Assembly: GCA_963833225.1 (NCBI GenBank)
Contig: CAWHXD010000008.1
Span: forward strand, 608,001 to 672,000
Length of the DNA: 64,000 nt
DNA from: an uncultured Chloroflexia bacterium
GTDB lineage: Bacteria; Chloroflexota; Limnocylindria; Limnocylindrales; CSP1-4
Direction of reading: 5' to 3'
Of the stretch, positions 1 to 10,154 are shown one piece after another (within the stretch, counting starts at the first letter, position 1; each line of letters begins with the position of its first letter). Both the position numbers and the translations under genes were made by a program. A model generated the notes under the pieces. That model ran no database searches. It had not been told where the DNA came from and was given only the letters and a program-made list of their open reading frames with translations.

Positions 1-53
1 CGGCGGGTCACGATCGAGGAGATCGCAGCGGGCGAGCGGTAGGCTTTGCGGCG

Positions 54-1124
54 ATGCCGGACGACACGCCCACTCCTGCGCCGCCGACCACCGCGCCGCC
101 GCCGGACGACCTGACCGTCCGGCCTTCCGAGCGGCCCACTTCGCCGACGCCCCGCACGGTCGCCCACCCCGCGCTCCGCCTGTGGGCCGGCGCGATCGCG
201 TTCCTCGCGCTCCTGGTCGCGACGTACGCGCTGTTCGTGCTGACCGAGGCCGGCCAGCGCCTGGAGAACCTGGGCCTCGAAGGCTCCGCGCTCCGGGCCG
301 GGGCGACCCGTGCCGACTCCACCTTTGGGCTGGCGACCATCAGCGTCGTGTCGTTTGCGATCTCGATCGTGGTGGTCGTGCTCGTCGCCCTGCTCCGCCG
401 TCGGCCGGCGCTGGCGGTCGCCACGGTCGTCGCGATGGGCGGCTCGGCCGTGCTGGGGGCGATCCTCAAGGACGTCCTCCCGCGCCCCGAGCTGGTCGAG
501 GGGCCTGCCTGGCTGCTGCGGAACAGCTTCCCCAGCGGCCACGCGACGGTGGCCGCGGCCGTCGGCGCCGGCATCCTGATGGTCGCCCCCGGCCGTCTCC
601 GCTGGATCGCCCTCCCGGTGGCGGCGATCGGCACGGCGGTCATCGGCCAGGCGACCCAGATCGCCGGCTGGCATCGGGCGAGCGACGCCATCGGATCCAT
701 GCTGCTCGTGCTCGCCGTGGCCGCGACCTCGCTCGCCGTCCTCGCGGCCGGTGGGTTCGTGGAACCCGATCCCCGCGGCCGCGTTCACCGGCGGATTCAC
801 GTGGGCCTGGTGGCGTCCGCGCTGCTCCTCATCGCCACGGCCGGCCTCATGGGGCTGCTGCCGCTCCTGTTCCCGTTGCTGCGAGCGCCCACCGGCGCCG
901 AGGGCGTGTTCGTGCATCTCGGTCTCGGCCTCGCCGGAGCGGGGATCACGCTGCTCGCCTTCGTCGGCTTCGGGCGTCTCGAGGAGCCGCTGGGGCTCGG
1001 CCGGCGACCCGGCGCGGGTGAGGCGTCCGGCACGGCACGCGGAACCGGTACGGCACGCGGAACCGGCATTGCCCACGCGCCCGACGCGGTCCCGGCGAGC
1101 GACGAGGTCCGGGCGAGCGACTGA
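54..1124 (+). CDS. PAP2-family membrane phosphatase
   Basis: Several TM segments and PAP2 motifs K-x5-RP (KDVLPRP), SFPSGH and WHRASD. Confidence 0.85.
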   Translation: MPDDTPTPAPPTTAPPPDDLTVRPSERPTSPTPRTVAHPALRLWAGAIAFLALLVATYALFVLTEAGQRLENLGLEGSALRAGATRADSTFGLATISVVSFAISIVVVVLVALLRRRPALAVATVVAMGGSAVLGAILKDVLPRPELVEGPAWLLRNSFPSGHATVAAAVGAGILMVAPGRLRWIALPVAAIGTAVIGQATQIAGWHRASDAIGSMLLVLAVAATSLAVLAAGGFVEPDPRGRVHRRIHVGLVASALLLIATAGLMGLLPLLFPLLRAPTGAEGVFVHLGLGLAGAGITLLAFVGFGRLEEPLGLGRRPGAGEASGTARGTGTARGTGIAHAPDAVPASDEVRASD

Positions 1125-1179
1125 ACCCGGGCCTGGCTCCGCCAGGGGGCCTCGAACGGGCACGGGGTACCATGGGAGC

Positions 1180-3460
1180 GTGCCGAGAGCCGCCCTGCCG
1201 GGGTCGCCGACCGCCACGTCTGCGAGGGACAGCCACTTGCCCGAGCGCCTCCTGGTGGTGTCCAACCGCCTGCCGCTGACGATCCGGCGGAGCGGCGAGC
1301 GATGGCACGCGGAGCGCAGCAGTGGCGGGCTCGTGGCCGCGATGGCGCCCGTCATGGAGCAGACCGACGGCCTGTGGATCGGCTGGCCGGGCGAGGCGTC
1401 GCCGGGTGGCGCGGAAGGACGCGCGGAGCTGCTCCGCAAGCTGGAACGCGAGCAGGCGATGGTCCCGGTGGAGCTACCGGTCTCGGTCAGCCGCGCCTTC
1501 TACGAGGGATACAGCAACAACACGCTGTGGCCGCTGCTCCACGGCTTCCCATCCCGGGTCACCTTCGACGCCGCCGCCTTCGCCGCCTACCGGGACGCCA
1601 ATGCGCGGTTCGCCGACGCCGTGGTCGAGCGCCTCGGACCCGACGACCTGGTCTGGGTCCAGGACTACCAGCTGATGCTCCTGCCGGGCATGCTCCGCGA
1701 GCGCCGTCCGGATGCGCGGATCGCGTTCTTCCTCCATGTCCCCTTCCCCGCCCCCGAGACCTTCAGGGTGCTCCCCCAGCGAGAAGACCTGCTGCACGGC
1801 CTCCTGGGTGCCGACGTGATCGGGTTCCAGACCCACGAGCACCTGGGGTCGTTCCGGCGAACGGTCCTCTCGGTCCTGGGCCTGGCCAACCGGATGGACC
1901 GGCTGGACCTCGACGACCGCACGGTCTCCCTCCAGGCTCGTCCGATCGGGATCGAGCCGGACGCCTGGGAGCAGCTCGTGGAGAGCGACCGACGGGTGAT
2001 CACCCGGATCGGGGATCTCGAGCGCCGTCACACCGGCCGCCACCTCGTCATCGCGGTCGACCGGCTCGACTACACCAAGGGCATCCCGGAGCGGCTGCGG
2101 GCTCTTCGCTACCTGTTCCATGCCCATCCCGAGTGGCGGGGCCGCATCACCCTCATCCAGGTCGCGGTGCCGTCGCGGGAGGGGATCCCCCGCTACGCGG
2201 CGCTGCGGCGCGAGGTCAACGAGCTGGTCGGCGAGATCAACGGTGAGCTCGGATCCGCGGACTGGACACCGGTCATCTACCTGCGCCGGTCCGTGCCACG
2301 CCATGAGCTGGCCGCCCTGTACGCGGCCGCGGACGTGGCCTGGATCGCGTCGCTCCGTGACGGGATGAACCTCGTTGCCAAGGAATACGTGGCCTGCCAG
2401 GGCACGCGGGCCGGGGTCCTGTTGCTGAGCGAGTTCGCCGGCGCGGCCGGCGAGATGGGCGAGGCGGTGCGCATCAACCCCTACGACGAGCAGGGGTCCG
2501 CGGAAGCCTTGATCCGCGCGCTCGAGATGGACGAGGAGACTCGACGGGATCGCCAGGAGGCGCTCCGGGGACGGATCCGCCAGAACACGGCGATCGCCTG
2601 GGCGGAGCGCTCCGTGGCCGATCTGCGCGACGCCGTGACCGAGCGGCGCCGGACGGTCAAGGACCTTCCGGCCCCACGGGTGGACGAGCTCCGCGTGCGG
2701 TTCGCCGCCGCTCGGCAGCGGATCTGTTACCTCGACTACGACGGCACCCTGGTGCCGCTCGCCCCACGCCCGCAGGACGCGACGCCGGGGGCCGGCGTGA
2801 CCGAGGTCGTGGCGACCCTGGCCTCACGTCGGGACACCACCGTCGCGATCGTCTCGGGCCGGCGCACCGCGGACCTCGAGCGCTGGTTCGGGAACGTGGA
2901 GCACCTCTGGCTCGCGGCAGAGCACGGAGCCCTGGTCCGGGCACCCGACAGCCACGAGTGGGTGCCTCTCCACCCGGGGGCCAACGCGGACTGGAAGGAG
3001 CGCGTCCGCCCGCTGCTGGAGCACTTCGCGGAGCGTGTCCCGGGAAGCCTGATCGAGGAGAAGGAGTACGCGCTCGCGTGGCACTTCCGGCTCGCCGAGC
3101 GGGAATTCGGGAGACTGGTTCGCCAACGAGCTCGCGGCCACCCTGGACCACCAGCTCGGGGGCACGGATCTCGCCGTCCTGCGGGGCAACATGGTGGTGG
3201 AGGTCCGGTTCGCGTGGGCGAACAAGGGCGATGTCGCGGCGTCCATCCGGGCGGCGGGGCCCGCCGCGGACCTTGAGCTGGCCATCGGGGACGACCGGAC
3301 GGACGAGGACCTGTTCGAGCGCCTGTCCCCGGACGCCATCACCATCCGCGTCGGTGGCGGGTCCACGCGGGCGAAGTACCGGCTACCCACCGCGGCCGCG
3401 ACGGTCGCGCTGCTGGGCACCCTCGCCGAGGCCGTTCCCGCGGCCCGGACCCGGCGCTGA
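1180..3460 (+). CDS. Bifunctional trehalose-6-phosphate synthase/phosphatase (OtsA-OtsB fusion); apparent frameshift at ~3110
   Basis: VVSNRLP, SSGGL, WVQDYQL, VDRLDYTKGIPERL and RDGMNLVAKEY (GT20), then HAD motif LDYDGTL and AEHG; the C-terminus (NKG...IGDDRTDEDLF) is in ORF 3191-3460. Start at GTG 1180 or TTG 1237 is uncertain. Confidence 0.9.
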
Positions 3461-3489
3461 CCGCCCGCTGACCGCGCCCTGATCCCGGC

Positions 3490-3530
3490 AACGACGAAGC
3501 CGGCCCCGGGGACGATGTCCCGAGGCCGGC
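3490..3530 (-). terminator. Probable intrinsic terminator between the convergent TPS/TPP and iolA genes
   Basis: Imperfect GC hairpin GCCGGCCCCGGGGAC-GAT-GTCCCGAGGCCGGC followed on the minus strand by TTCGTCGTT. Confidence 0.55.
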
Positions 3531-3545
3531 CGGCGATGCGAGTGT

Positions 3546-5072
3546 CTAGCCGTTGCCGGGGAAGACGAGGCTCAGCGGCCCCTGCTTGCCGGGCTCCGGC
3601 CAGCGCTCGGTGACCATCTTCTGCTGGGTGAAGAAGCGGACGCCGTCCTCACCGCGCATGGCCAGGTCGCCCATCGCGGACTCCTTGGCGCCCGCGAAGC
3701 TCATGTAGCCCGCGGGCACCGGGATCGGCACGTTGACGCCGATCATCGGGACCTCGGACTCGAGCTTGAAGCGCCGAGCCGCACCACCATCGGTCGTGAA
3801 CACCGCGGTGCCGTTGGCGTACTTGTGATCGTTGATGAGCTTGAGGCCCTCGTCGAAGGTGTCCGCGTACACGATGCTGAACACCGGGCCGAAGATCTCC
3901 TCCTGGTAGATCTTCATGTCCGGGGTGACATGGTCGAACAGGGTCACGCCCAGGAAGAACCCGTCGGGGTTCGGGCCCTCGAACTTGCGCCCGTCGACCA
4001 GGAGCTCGGCTCCCTCAGCCTCGCCCACGCCGATCCACTTGATGACCGACTGGCGATGCTCGTCCGTGTAGATGGGGCCCATGTCGGTCCCCGGCTCCAT
4101 GCCATCGCCGATCTTGAGCTTCGCGATCCGCTCCATGATCTTGGGCTTGAGGCGATCCGCGGTGTCGCCCACCGCGACCAGCATCGTCTGGGCCATGCAG
4201 CGCTCGCCGGCCGAGCCGAAGCCGGCTGCGACCGCCGCGTCCGCAGCGAGGTCCATGTCCGCGTCGGGCAGGACGAGCATCGCGTTCTTGGCGCTCGTGT
4301 AGGACCCGACGCGCTTGCCGCGCTTGGTGCCCTCCTCGTAGACGTACCGGCCCACGGACGTGGAGCCCACGAACTGGATGGCCCGGATGCCGGGGTGCTC
4401 GACGATGGCCTTGACCGCCTCACGGCCGCCGTAGACGATGTTGAATGTGCCATCCGGGCCGCCGGCCTGCGTCCACAGCTCCGCCTGGAGCTGGGTGGCG
4501 CCCGGGGTGTGGGAGGACGGCTTGAGGATGACGGTGTTGCCCGTCATCAGCGCGATCGGGTAGATCCAGGCCGGGACCATCACCGGGAAGTTGAACGGCG
4601 TGATCGCGGCCACGACACCCAGCGGGGCGCGGAACGTGAACGCGTCCACCTTGGTCGAGACGTTGGGGGTCATCATGCCGGCGAGATGGACCGGCAGGCC
4701 GCACGCGAAGTCGATCGTCTCGATGCCGCGCATGACCTCGGCCAGGGCGTCCGGGAACGTCTTGCCATGGTCGCGGGTGATGTACGCCGCGAGCTCCTCG
4801 CGATGCTCGTACATCAGGTTCCGGAACTGGAAGAAGATGTTGGAGCGCGCGATGAGCGGCATGTCGCGCCAGGCGGGGAAGGCCGCGCTGGCCGCGACGA
4901 CCGCCGCATCGACCTCGGCCTGGCCACCGCGCGGCACGCGGGCGAAGACCTTGCCCGTGGCCGGGTTCGTGATCGGGCCGGTCTGCTCGGGGAGGACCTC
5001 GACAGCCGTGCCATTGATGTAGTGGGACAGGATCGGCAGGACTGCCGTCTCGTCGCGGGTTTCGATCGTCAT
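3546..5072 (-). CDS. iolA: CoA-acylating (methyl)malonate-semialdehyde dehydrogenase (IolA/MmsA family)
   Basis: ITPFNFP, FVGST, AKNAMLVLPDAD, GSAGERCMA, EEIFGP and GVNVPIPVP motifs; near iolB. Confidence 0.88.
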   Translation of the reverse strand: MTIETRDETAVLPILSHYINGTAVEVLPEQTGPITNPATGKVFARVPRGGQAEVDAAVVAASAAFPAWRDMPLIARSNIFFQFRNLMYEHREELAAYITRDHGKTFPDALAEVMRGIETIDFACGLPVHLAGMMTPNVSTKVDAFTFRAPLGVVAAITPFNFPVMVPAWIYPIALMTGNTVILKPSSHTPGATQLQAELWTQAGGPDGTFNIVYGGREAVKAIVEHPGIRAIQFVGSTSVGRYVYEEGTKRGKRVGSYTSAKNAMLVLPDADMDLAADAAVAAGFGSAGERCMAQTMLVAVGDTADRLKPKIMERIAKLKIGDGMEPGTDMGPIYTDEHRQSVIKWIGVGEAEGAELLVDGRKFEGPNPDGFFLGVTLFDHVTPDMKIYQEEIFGPVFSIVYADTFDEGLKLINDHKYANGTAVFTTDGGAARRFKLESEVPMIGVNVPIPVPAGYMSFAGAKESAMGDLAMRGEDGVRFFTQQKMVTERWPEPGKQGPLSLVFPGNG

Positions 5073-5152
5073 GTTTCCGGTGTTCCTCCTGGGGTTCCGC
5101 CTAGGGATGTCTTACCTAGATGTTCGTATGCGCGGTCAAGCCACCCGCGGGC

Positions 5153-6253
5153 TCATGCGCCCTTCAGGTCCGGGTTGGGCATCATGATGTCGCGGACCGT
5201 TCCCTGCAGATCGTGGTACGACTGGACGAAGCCGCGCAGGGTCCGAACGGCGGCTCCATAGCCCTCGAATTCCGCCGGCGTCAGGCCATCCGGCTCATAG
5301 GCCCGGCGGAAGTCCGGGATCCGCGCGAGCAGGTCGTCGATCAGGCGCTGATCAACCGGCTTGTCGATCCGGGACTCCGGGTCGATGCCGGATGCGTTGA
5401 ACCGGACCTGCCAGGCGTAGGGCATCGTGAGCACGACGTCGCCGCCCACGAGCTCGGTCCAGTGGAGACGGTGGCGGTAGGCCGCCGCGAGCAGCCGCGT
5501 CCGGTAGCCGCGCTCCTGGAAGATCTCGTAGGCCCGCTTGAACGCGGCCACGCCGGCCCAGTTCGCCGCATCGGGGTCGAGGGCGACATCGTCCTTGCCC
5601 ACGAGGACCTTCATCCAGTCGTCGAGCCGCCCGATCATCAGCGAGCAGACCGGGCTGAACTTGCTGGTGTCGCCGCCGGCCGCCTCGAAGCGGCGGAGGC
5701 CGCGCTCGACCGCCTCCGCGGCGGCGATGCACTGGGCGACCGTGAACACCACCGTGACGTTGACCACGACGCCCCGGGCGGTGGCATCCTCGGCGGCCTG
5801 GAGGCCGGCCGCGGTGCACGGGAACTTGACCTGGATGTTGGGGGCGAGAGTGTTGAAGTGGACCGCCTGCTCGGCCATGCGGGCCGAGTCGCGGTAGTTG
5901 GCCGGGTTCGTCTGGAGCGACAGGCGGCCCTTCATCCCGTCGTGGGCATCGAACACCGGCTGCAGGATGCCGGCGCCACGGGCGCCCATCTCCTCGATCA
6001 GCGCCCAGGTGAGCTCCACCTCGGACCACGTCGGGTGCTCCCCGATCATCTCGCGGACCCGCGGGACCCAGTGATCCTTCTCCTTCTTCATCACCTCGCC
6101 CACGATCACCGGGTTCGAGGTGGCGCCGGTGCCCCCGCGCTCAACCGCGTAGGCGAGCTCGGCGACGGCGCAGGAGTCGTTCCAGAAGTCCGTCGGGGTG
6201 GCCTCAACCATCCGGGACAGCGGGCTGTCGATCGTGGTCAGCGTGGTGGTCAT
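5153..6253 (-). CDS. Transaldolase/FSA-fold protein
   Basis: FWNDS, GATSNP, Schiff-base lysine in IQVKFP, VNVTVVFT and IGRLDD; ATG 6253 has an upstream GGAGA. Confidence 0.85.
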   Translation of the reverse strand: MTTTLTTIDSPLSRMVEATPTDFWNDSCAVAELAYAVERGGTGATSNPVIVGEVMKKEKDHWVPRVREMIGEHPTWSEVELTWALIEEMGARGAGILQPVFDAHDGMKGRLSLQTNPANYRDSARMAEQAVHFNTLAPNIQVKFPCTAAGLQAAEDATARGVVVNVTVVFTVAQCIAAAEAVERGLRRFEAAGGDTSKFSPVCSLMIGRLDDWMKVLVGKDDVALDPDAANWAGVAAFKRAYEIFQERGYRTRLLAAAYRHRLHWTELVGGDVVLTMPYAWQVRFNASGIDPESRIDKPVDQRLIDDLLARIPDFRRAYEPDGLTPAEFEGYGAAVRTLRGFVQSYHDLQGTVRDIMMPNPDLKGA

Positions 6254-6347
6254 GCGTTCTCCGTGAGCTGTGGCCCGGGGTGCCTGTCGCACTCCATATA
6301 ATCGATGATCGATGCTTTGGGCGCAAGGGCCGACCCGGCCGTGTTCC

Positions 6348-7256
6348 TTACGCTCGAGCGCTCGGCCCGTCAGCTGTTGGCGCGGGCGGCGTCCAGTTCA
6401 TGAGCCAGGCATGGTCCGGGTCCAGGGTGAAATGCCAGGCCCGGTTGGGGCCGGCCATCACGTTGAGGTAGTAGCAGTCGTAGCCTGCCGGCACGCCGAC
6501 CGGGTGATACCCCTCGGGCACCAGCACGATGTCGCCGTCCATCGGCGTCATCGCCTCGTCCAGGCGGCGGTCCGCCGTGTACACCCGGGCGAAGGCGAAC
6601 CCCTGGGCCGGCTTCGCGAACTTGTAGTAGTAGAGCTCCTCGAGCCGCGCCTCGACCGGCGGGTTCTCGGTGTCGTGCTTGTGGGGCGGGTAGCTGGACC
6701 AGTTCCCGCCCGGGGTGAACACCTCGAATGCGATCAGGCGCCCGGCCTCCGCCGCGGGCGGCAGCAGGTGATGGATGCGACGGGCCGTGCTGCCCTCCCC
6801 GCGCGCCTCGACGAGGATGTCCTCCGGCCTGATGAGCGCGGTCCGGCGGATGGGGCCTCCGGGGGCCGCGCCGATCGCCACGAGGGCACTGGTCGTGGCC
6901 GTGGCCGACAGTGAGCGTCCGGGCTCAACGAGCAGCAGCGGCGGCGGCGGGCCATCGAACACCGAGGCCCGGGACCCCTGCTCGCCGAGGTCGTCGTCGC
7001 CCGCCGTCAGGATGGCACGGCCCTCGAGGAGGAGGAGCAGTCGCTCCATCCCGTCCGCGGCTCGTTCGACGCGCTGTCCGGGCTCCAGGCGATAGACGTG
7101 GAACGCGGTGAACTCCCACCCTGCCGACGCGGGGTCGATGCCGCAGACCAGCCCGTCGGGACCGGGATCGGCCGCGCGGCGGAGGAGGCGCCGCGCGGCC
7201 GATCGGTCGGGATGGGCGATGGGATCCCCTGTGGGATGGGTCATCGATGCAGGCAC
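6348..7256 (-). CDS. iolB: 5-deoxy-glucuronate isomerase
   Basis: EVFTPGGNWSSYPPHKHD, LEELYYY, VPEGYHPV and YYLNVMAGP are IolB signatures. Confidence 0.93.
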   Translation of the reverse strand: MPASMTHPTGDPIAHPDRSAARRLLRRAADPGPDGLVCGIDPASAGWEFTAFHVYRLEPGQRVERAADGMERLLLLLEGRAILTAGDDDLGEQGSRASVFDGPPPPLLLVEPGRSLSATATTSALVAIGAAPGGPIRRTALIRPEDILVEARGEGSTARRIHHLLPPAAEAGRLIAFEVFTPGGNWSSYPPHKHDTENPPVEARLEELYYYKFAKPAQGFAFARVYTADRRLDEAMTPMDGDIVLVPEGYHPVGVPAGYDCYYLNVMAGPNRAWHFTLDPDHAWLMNWTPPAPTADGPSARA

Positions 7257-7436
7257 CTCCGCGTCGCCCGGCCAGACGTCGAGTCCCGACGGGATCTCCG
7301 TCCTGGTGCCCGATCGGCCAAGATCGGCAATCGATTACATGAGCAATCTTCGCGCACCCTGACCGCATCGTCAAGGGATTCCGGCCGATTGCGAACGAAT
7401 CGGGCCCGCGCCACAATGCGGCCGGCGTGGTCGCTG

Positions 7437-7675
7437 CGGCCGGCGTGGCCGGACAGGCAACGGAATCGCCGCTGGCCATCCCCCGCACCGGCCGGCGTGG
7501 CCTGCCAGGCCACGGATTCGCCCTCGCTGGGTCCGCTGACCGGTCTTCGTGGACTCTCAGGCCACAGGTTCGCCGGGCCCGGCCACCGTCGCCCGGTTTC
7601 GTGGCCTGCCAGGCAACGGACTCAGGGGCCGGGGTCGCGGTGCCGGGTTTCGTCGCCTGCCAGGCAACGGCGCGG
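7437..7675. repeat. Intergenic array of five palindromic repeats with a 51-52 bp period
   Basis: Core CGTGGCCTG-N-CAGGC(A/C)ACG(G) starts at 7444, 7496, 7548, 7600 and 7651, with non-repeating DNA between units. Confidence 0.85.
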
Positions 7676-7710
7676 AACGGATCGCCACGTCCGCGGAACG
7701 GATCGCCACG
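7671..7710. repeat. Direct repeat, 2 x 19 bp
   Basis: CGCGGAACGGATCGCCACG at 7671 and 7692. Confidence 0.8.
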
Positions 7711-7848
7711 GCCAGGGAACCCGCGAGATGGCCACGGAACCGGTATCCGGAGCCGCGCGTGACGCCGCGGTAGCGGCCCTGGAACGTCCAGCAGCCCGGG
7801 CCGGCGAGGGACCGGACCCGGGCGGTGACGAGCTGCCGTGGATGAACG

Positions 7849-9171
7849 TCAGCGCTTCTGCGACTTGCCGTCCACGGTCCGCATCCGCGCGGCCGTGCTG
7901 GCCGCGAAGTGCATCGCCTTGCGCGCCATCTCGGGCATCGGGGCCGCTAGCTGGGCCTCGTTGGTCACCAGCTCCTGCTCGAGCTCCGCGAGCATCGCGT
8001 CGCCGTGCGCGTACTCGTGGACTCTGCGCCGGACGCCCCCGAGCGCGTGGCGCGCGTCCTCGAACCGGCCCTCGCGGTTGAGCCGCACGGCCTCCTGCCT
8101 GGCGCGCTCGGCGAACAGGCGGGCGACGACCCGGTCGACCTCAACGTCCCGCGGCTGGCCGTCGTTGGCGGGATGATCCGCGTACTGCCAGGCGAGCGAC
8201 ACCGGGGCGGCGGCGGGCGTCGCGAGCTCGAACACCCGGTCCCGGTCCACGACCCGCACCACCGCGCCCAGCTCGCGACCGAGATCGCCGTAGTCGAAGC
8301 TCAGCCGGAGGGCGATGGTGAGCACCTGGCCCGACACCATGTCGCCCAGGTGGATCCGCGCGTAGCCGGGTCCCTGCTCGATGCGGAACGGGCTGAGCGA
8401 CTCGACGCGGACGGACTCGGGCAGCGTGAGGTCCACGACGACCTCCCGGGCGACGATGTCCAGGGTCTCGCCGACCTCGGAGGTGATGTGGTCGCGCATC
8501 GCCGCCACGTCACCCGCGAAGTAGAAGTGGCCGCCACCGCTGTCGGCCATGGCCTGGAGCAGCGACTCGTCGAAGTCCGTGCCCACGCCGAACGTGGACG
8601 TTGAGATCCCGCGCTGGCGGAGGTCGTGGGCGGTGCCGGCGAGCTGGCCGGGGTCCGTGACCCCCTTGTTGGCCAGACCGTCGGTCAGCAGCAGGACCCG
8701 GTTCACGCCGTCGGGTGCGAGCGCTGCGGCAACCTGCTCGCAGCCGGTGAGCCAGCCACCGTGCAGGTCCGTGCTGCCGCGCGGTTCCACGGGACCCAGG
8801 CGCCGGGCCGCCTCGCCGCGGGCCTCGGGGGTGGCCAGGGTGCCGGGCATCACGACGTCGATCAGGCTGTCGTAGGTCACGACGGAGAACCGGTCGGCGG
8901 GATCAAGGCGGTGGACCGCCTCGAGGACCGCCTGCTTGGCCAGCCCGAGCTTGTTGTGCCCGCCCATGGACCCGGACCGGTCCAGGACGAACGCGAGGTT
9001 CACGGGCGGGCGGCGGCGAGCAGGATCCGCCTGGATGGTGGGTGCCGTGACGTCGATGACGAGGAACCGCCGGCTGCGGCCGCTGGCCCGGATGAGCCGC
9101 CGGTCGGGGCGGACGGTGAGGCGCGCACCGACCAGGCGGTCGGCGGGCTGGGGGGTCTGCGGGTGGGTCAC
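7849..9171 (-). CDS. Cytoplasmic vWA-domain protein (YfbK-like)
   Basis: MIDAS motif LDRSGSM, GSTDL, LLLTDGLAN and GGHFYF; no signal peptide. Confidence 0.88.
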   Translation of the reverse strand: MTHPQTPQPADRLVGARLTVRPDRRLIRASGRSRRFLVIDVTAPTIQADPARRRPPVNLAFVLDRSGSMGGHNKLGLAKQAVLEAVHRLDPADRFSVVTYDSLIDVVMPGTLATPEARGEAARRLGPVEPRGSTDLHGGWLTGCEQVAAALAPDGVNRVLLLTDGLANKGVTDPGQLAGTAHDLRQRGISTSTFGVGTDFDESLLQAMADSGGGHFYFAGDVAAMRDHITSEVGETLDIVAREVVVDLTLPESVRVESLSPFRIEQGPGYARIHLGDMVSGQVLTIALRLSFDYGDLGRELGAVVRVVDRDRVFELATPAAAPVSLAWQYADHPANDGQPRDVEVDRVVARLFAERARQEAVRLNREGRFEDARHALGGVRRRVHEYAHGDAMLAELEQELVTNEAQLAAPMPEMARKAMHFAASTAARMRTVDGKSQKR

Positions 9172-9270
9172 GTGGGACCTCCTTCTCGATGGCTGGTCGA
9201 GGCCCGGGATGGGGCGGGTCTCAGGGCATGGCTGGCCCGCGGGATGAGCGGGCTGACGGTGATGGCGGAT

Positions 9271-10000
9271 CTAGGTGTCTTCGAACAGCTCCCGGGCGAT
9301 CCGCTCCAGCTGGTCCACGCGCTTGTTCGTGGTCCGGTCCAGGGGGCGGCGGACGTGCAGCTCGACGTCCGGCGTGATGGCCAGGCGCTCCCAGGTGGAG
9401 CGATCGGCGATGGGCCTGGAGACGGCAGGCGATGCGGCGGACGGCGTGGGGGTCGGGGGGGCCGATCCATCAGACGGCGTGGGGGTCCGGGGGGGTCGCC
9501 GGCGCTTCGAGCGGCGCGGGGACCGCCATCTCGGCGGGCGGCGCGGACGCAGGCGGCGCGGACGCAGCCAGCGGGGCCGGAACGTCAGCCAGGGAGTCGG
9601 CAACGGCCATGCGACGGAGCAACAGGCCCCTGCCCGACCCGCCGCCCGGCACCGTGGGCCGGACGCCCGAGCGTGTCATGAGCGAGCGCACGAAGGCGAG
9701 CGTGTCGCCCGGCTCCTGGCTGGGCGCCGAGGCCTGGGGAGACAGCGCGCTGACGGTGGCGATGACCTCGTCGTCCCCCATCCGCTCCAGCCGCAACCGG
9801 ATCTCCGCGAGCGGCAGGTGATCCCGCTGCAGCCGCCGGATCAGGCGAAGCCGGGCAAGGTGGCCCTCGGCGTAGCGAGTGGCCGGCCCGGCGGCCTCGG
9901 GGGACGGGAGGAGCCCCTGCGCAACGTAGTACCGCACCGTGCGGGGGGTCACGTCCGCGAGGCGGGCCAGGTCGGCGAGGGAGTACGGATCGTCGGGCAT
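9271..10000 (-). CDS. MerR-family HTH regulator; apparent frameshift in a G-run at ~9490
   Basis: YSLADLARLADVTPRTVRYYVAQGLL HTH; the C-terminal RSTWERLAITPDVELHVRRP segment is in the adjacent frame (ORF 9271-9603). Confidence 0.8.
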
Positions 10001-10154
10001 GGGGTGATCATGACACCACCACGTGCTGGTGTCAAGACTCTCGTTCGGACGGGTCCGGCACCGAGCGGCACCATCGACCGGGCTCGTGCAGTCCCACGAC
10101 CAATGGGCCGAATTCGGGGTATCGCGATCCGGCCCTGTCTGGCACCCTCGGGTC

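Noticed and set aside
1029-1068. 18-bp tandem duplication at the PAP2 3' end (a similar one lies at ~11826-11856)
   Set aside because: Short local slippage in GC-rich DNA with no sign of function
7437-7675. Calling the array a CRISPR
   Set aside because: Repeats are too degenerate, spacers are only ~18 bp, and there is no AT-rich leader or cas gene in the window; kept as an unexplained array
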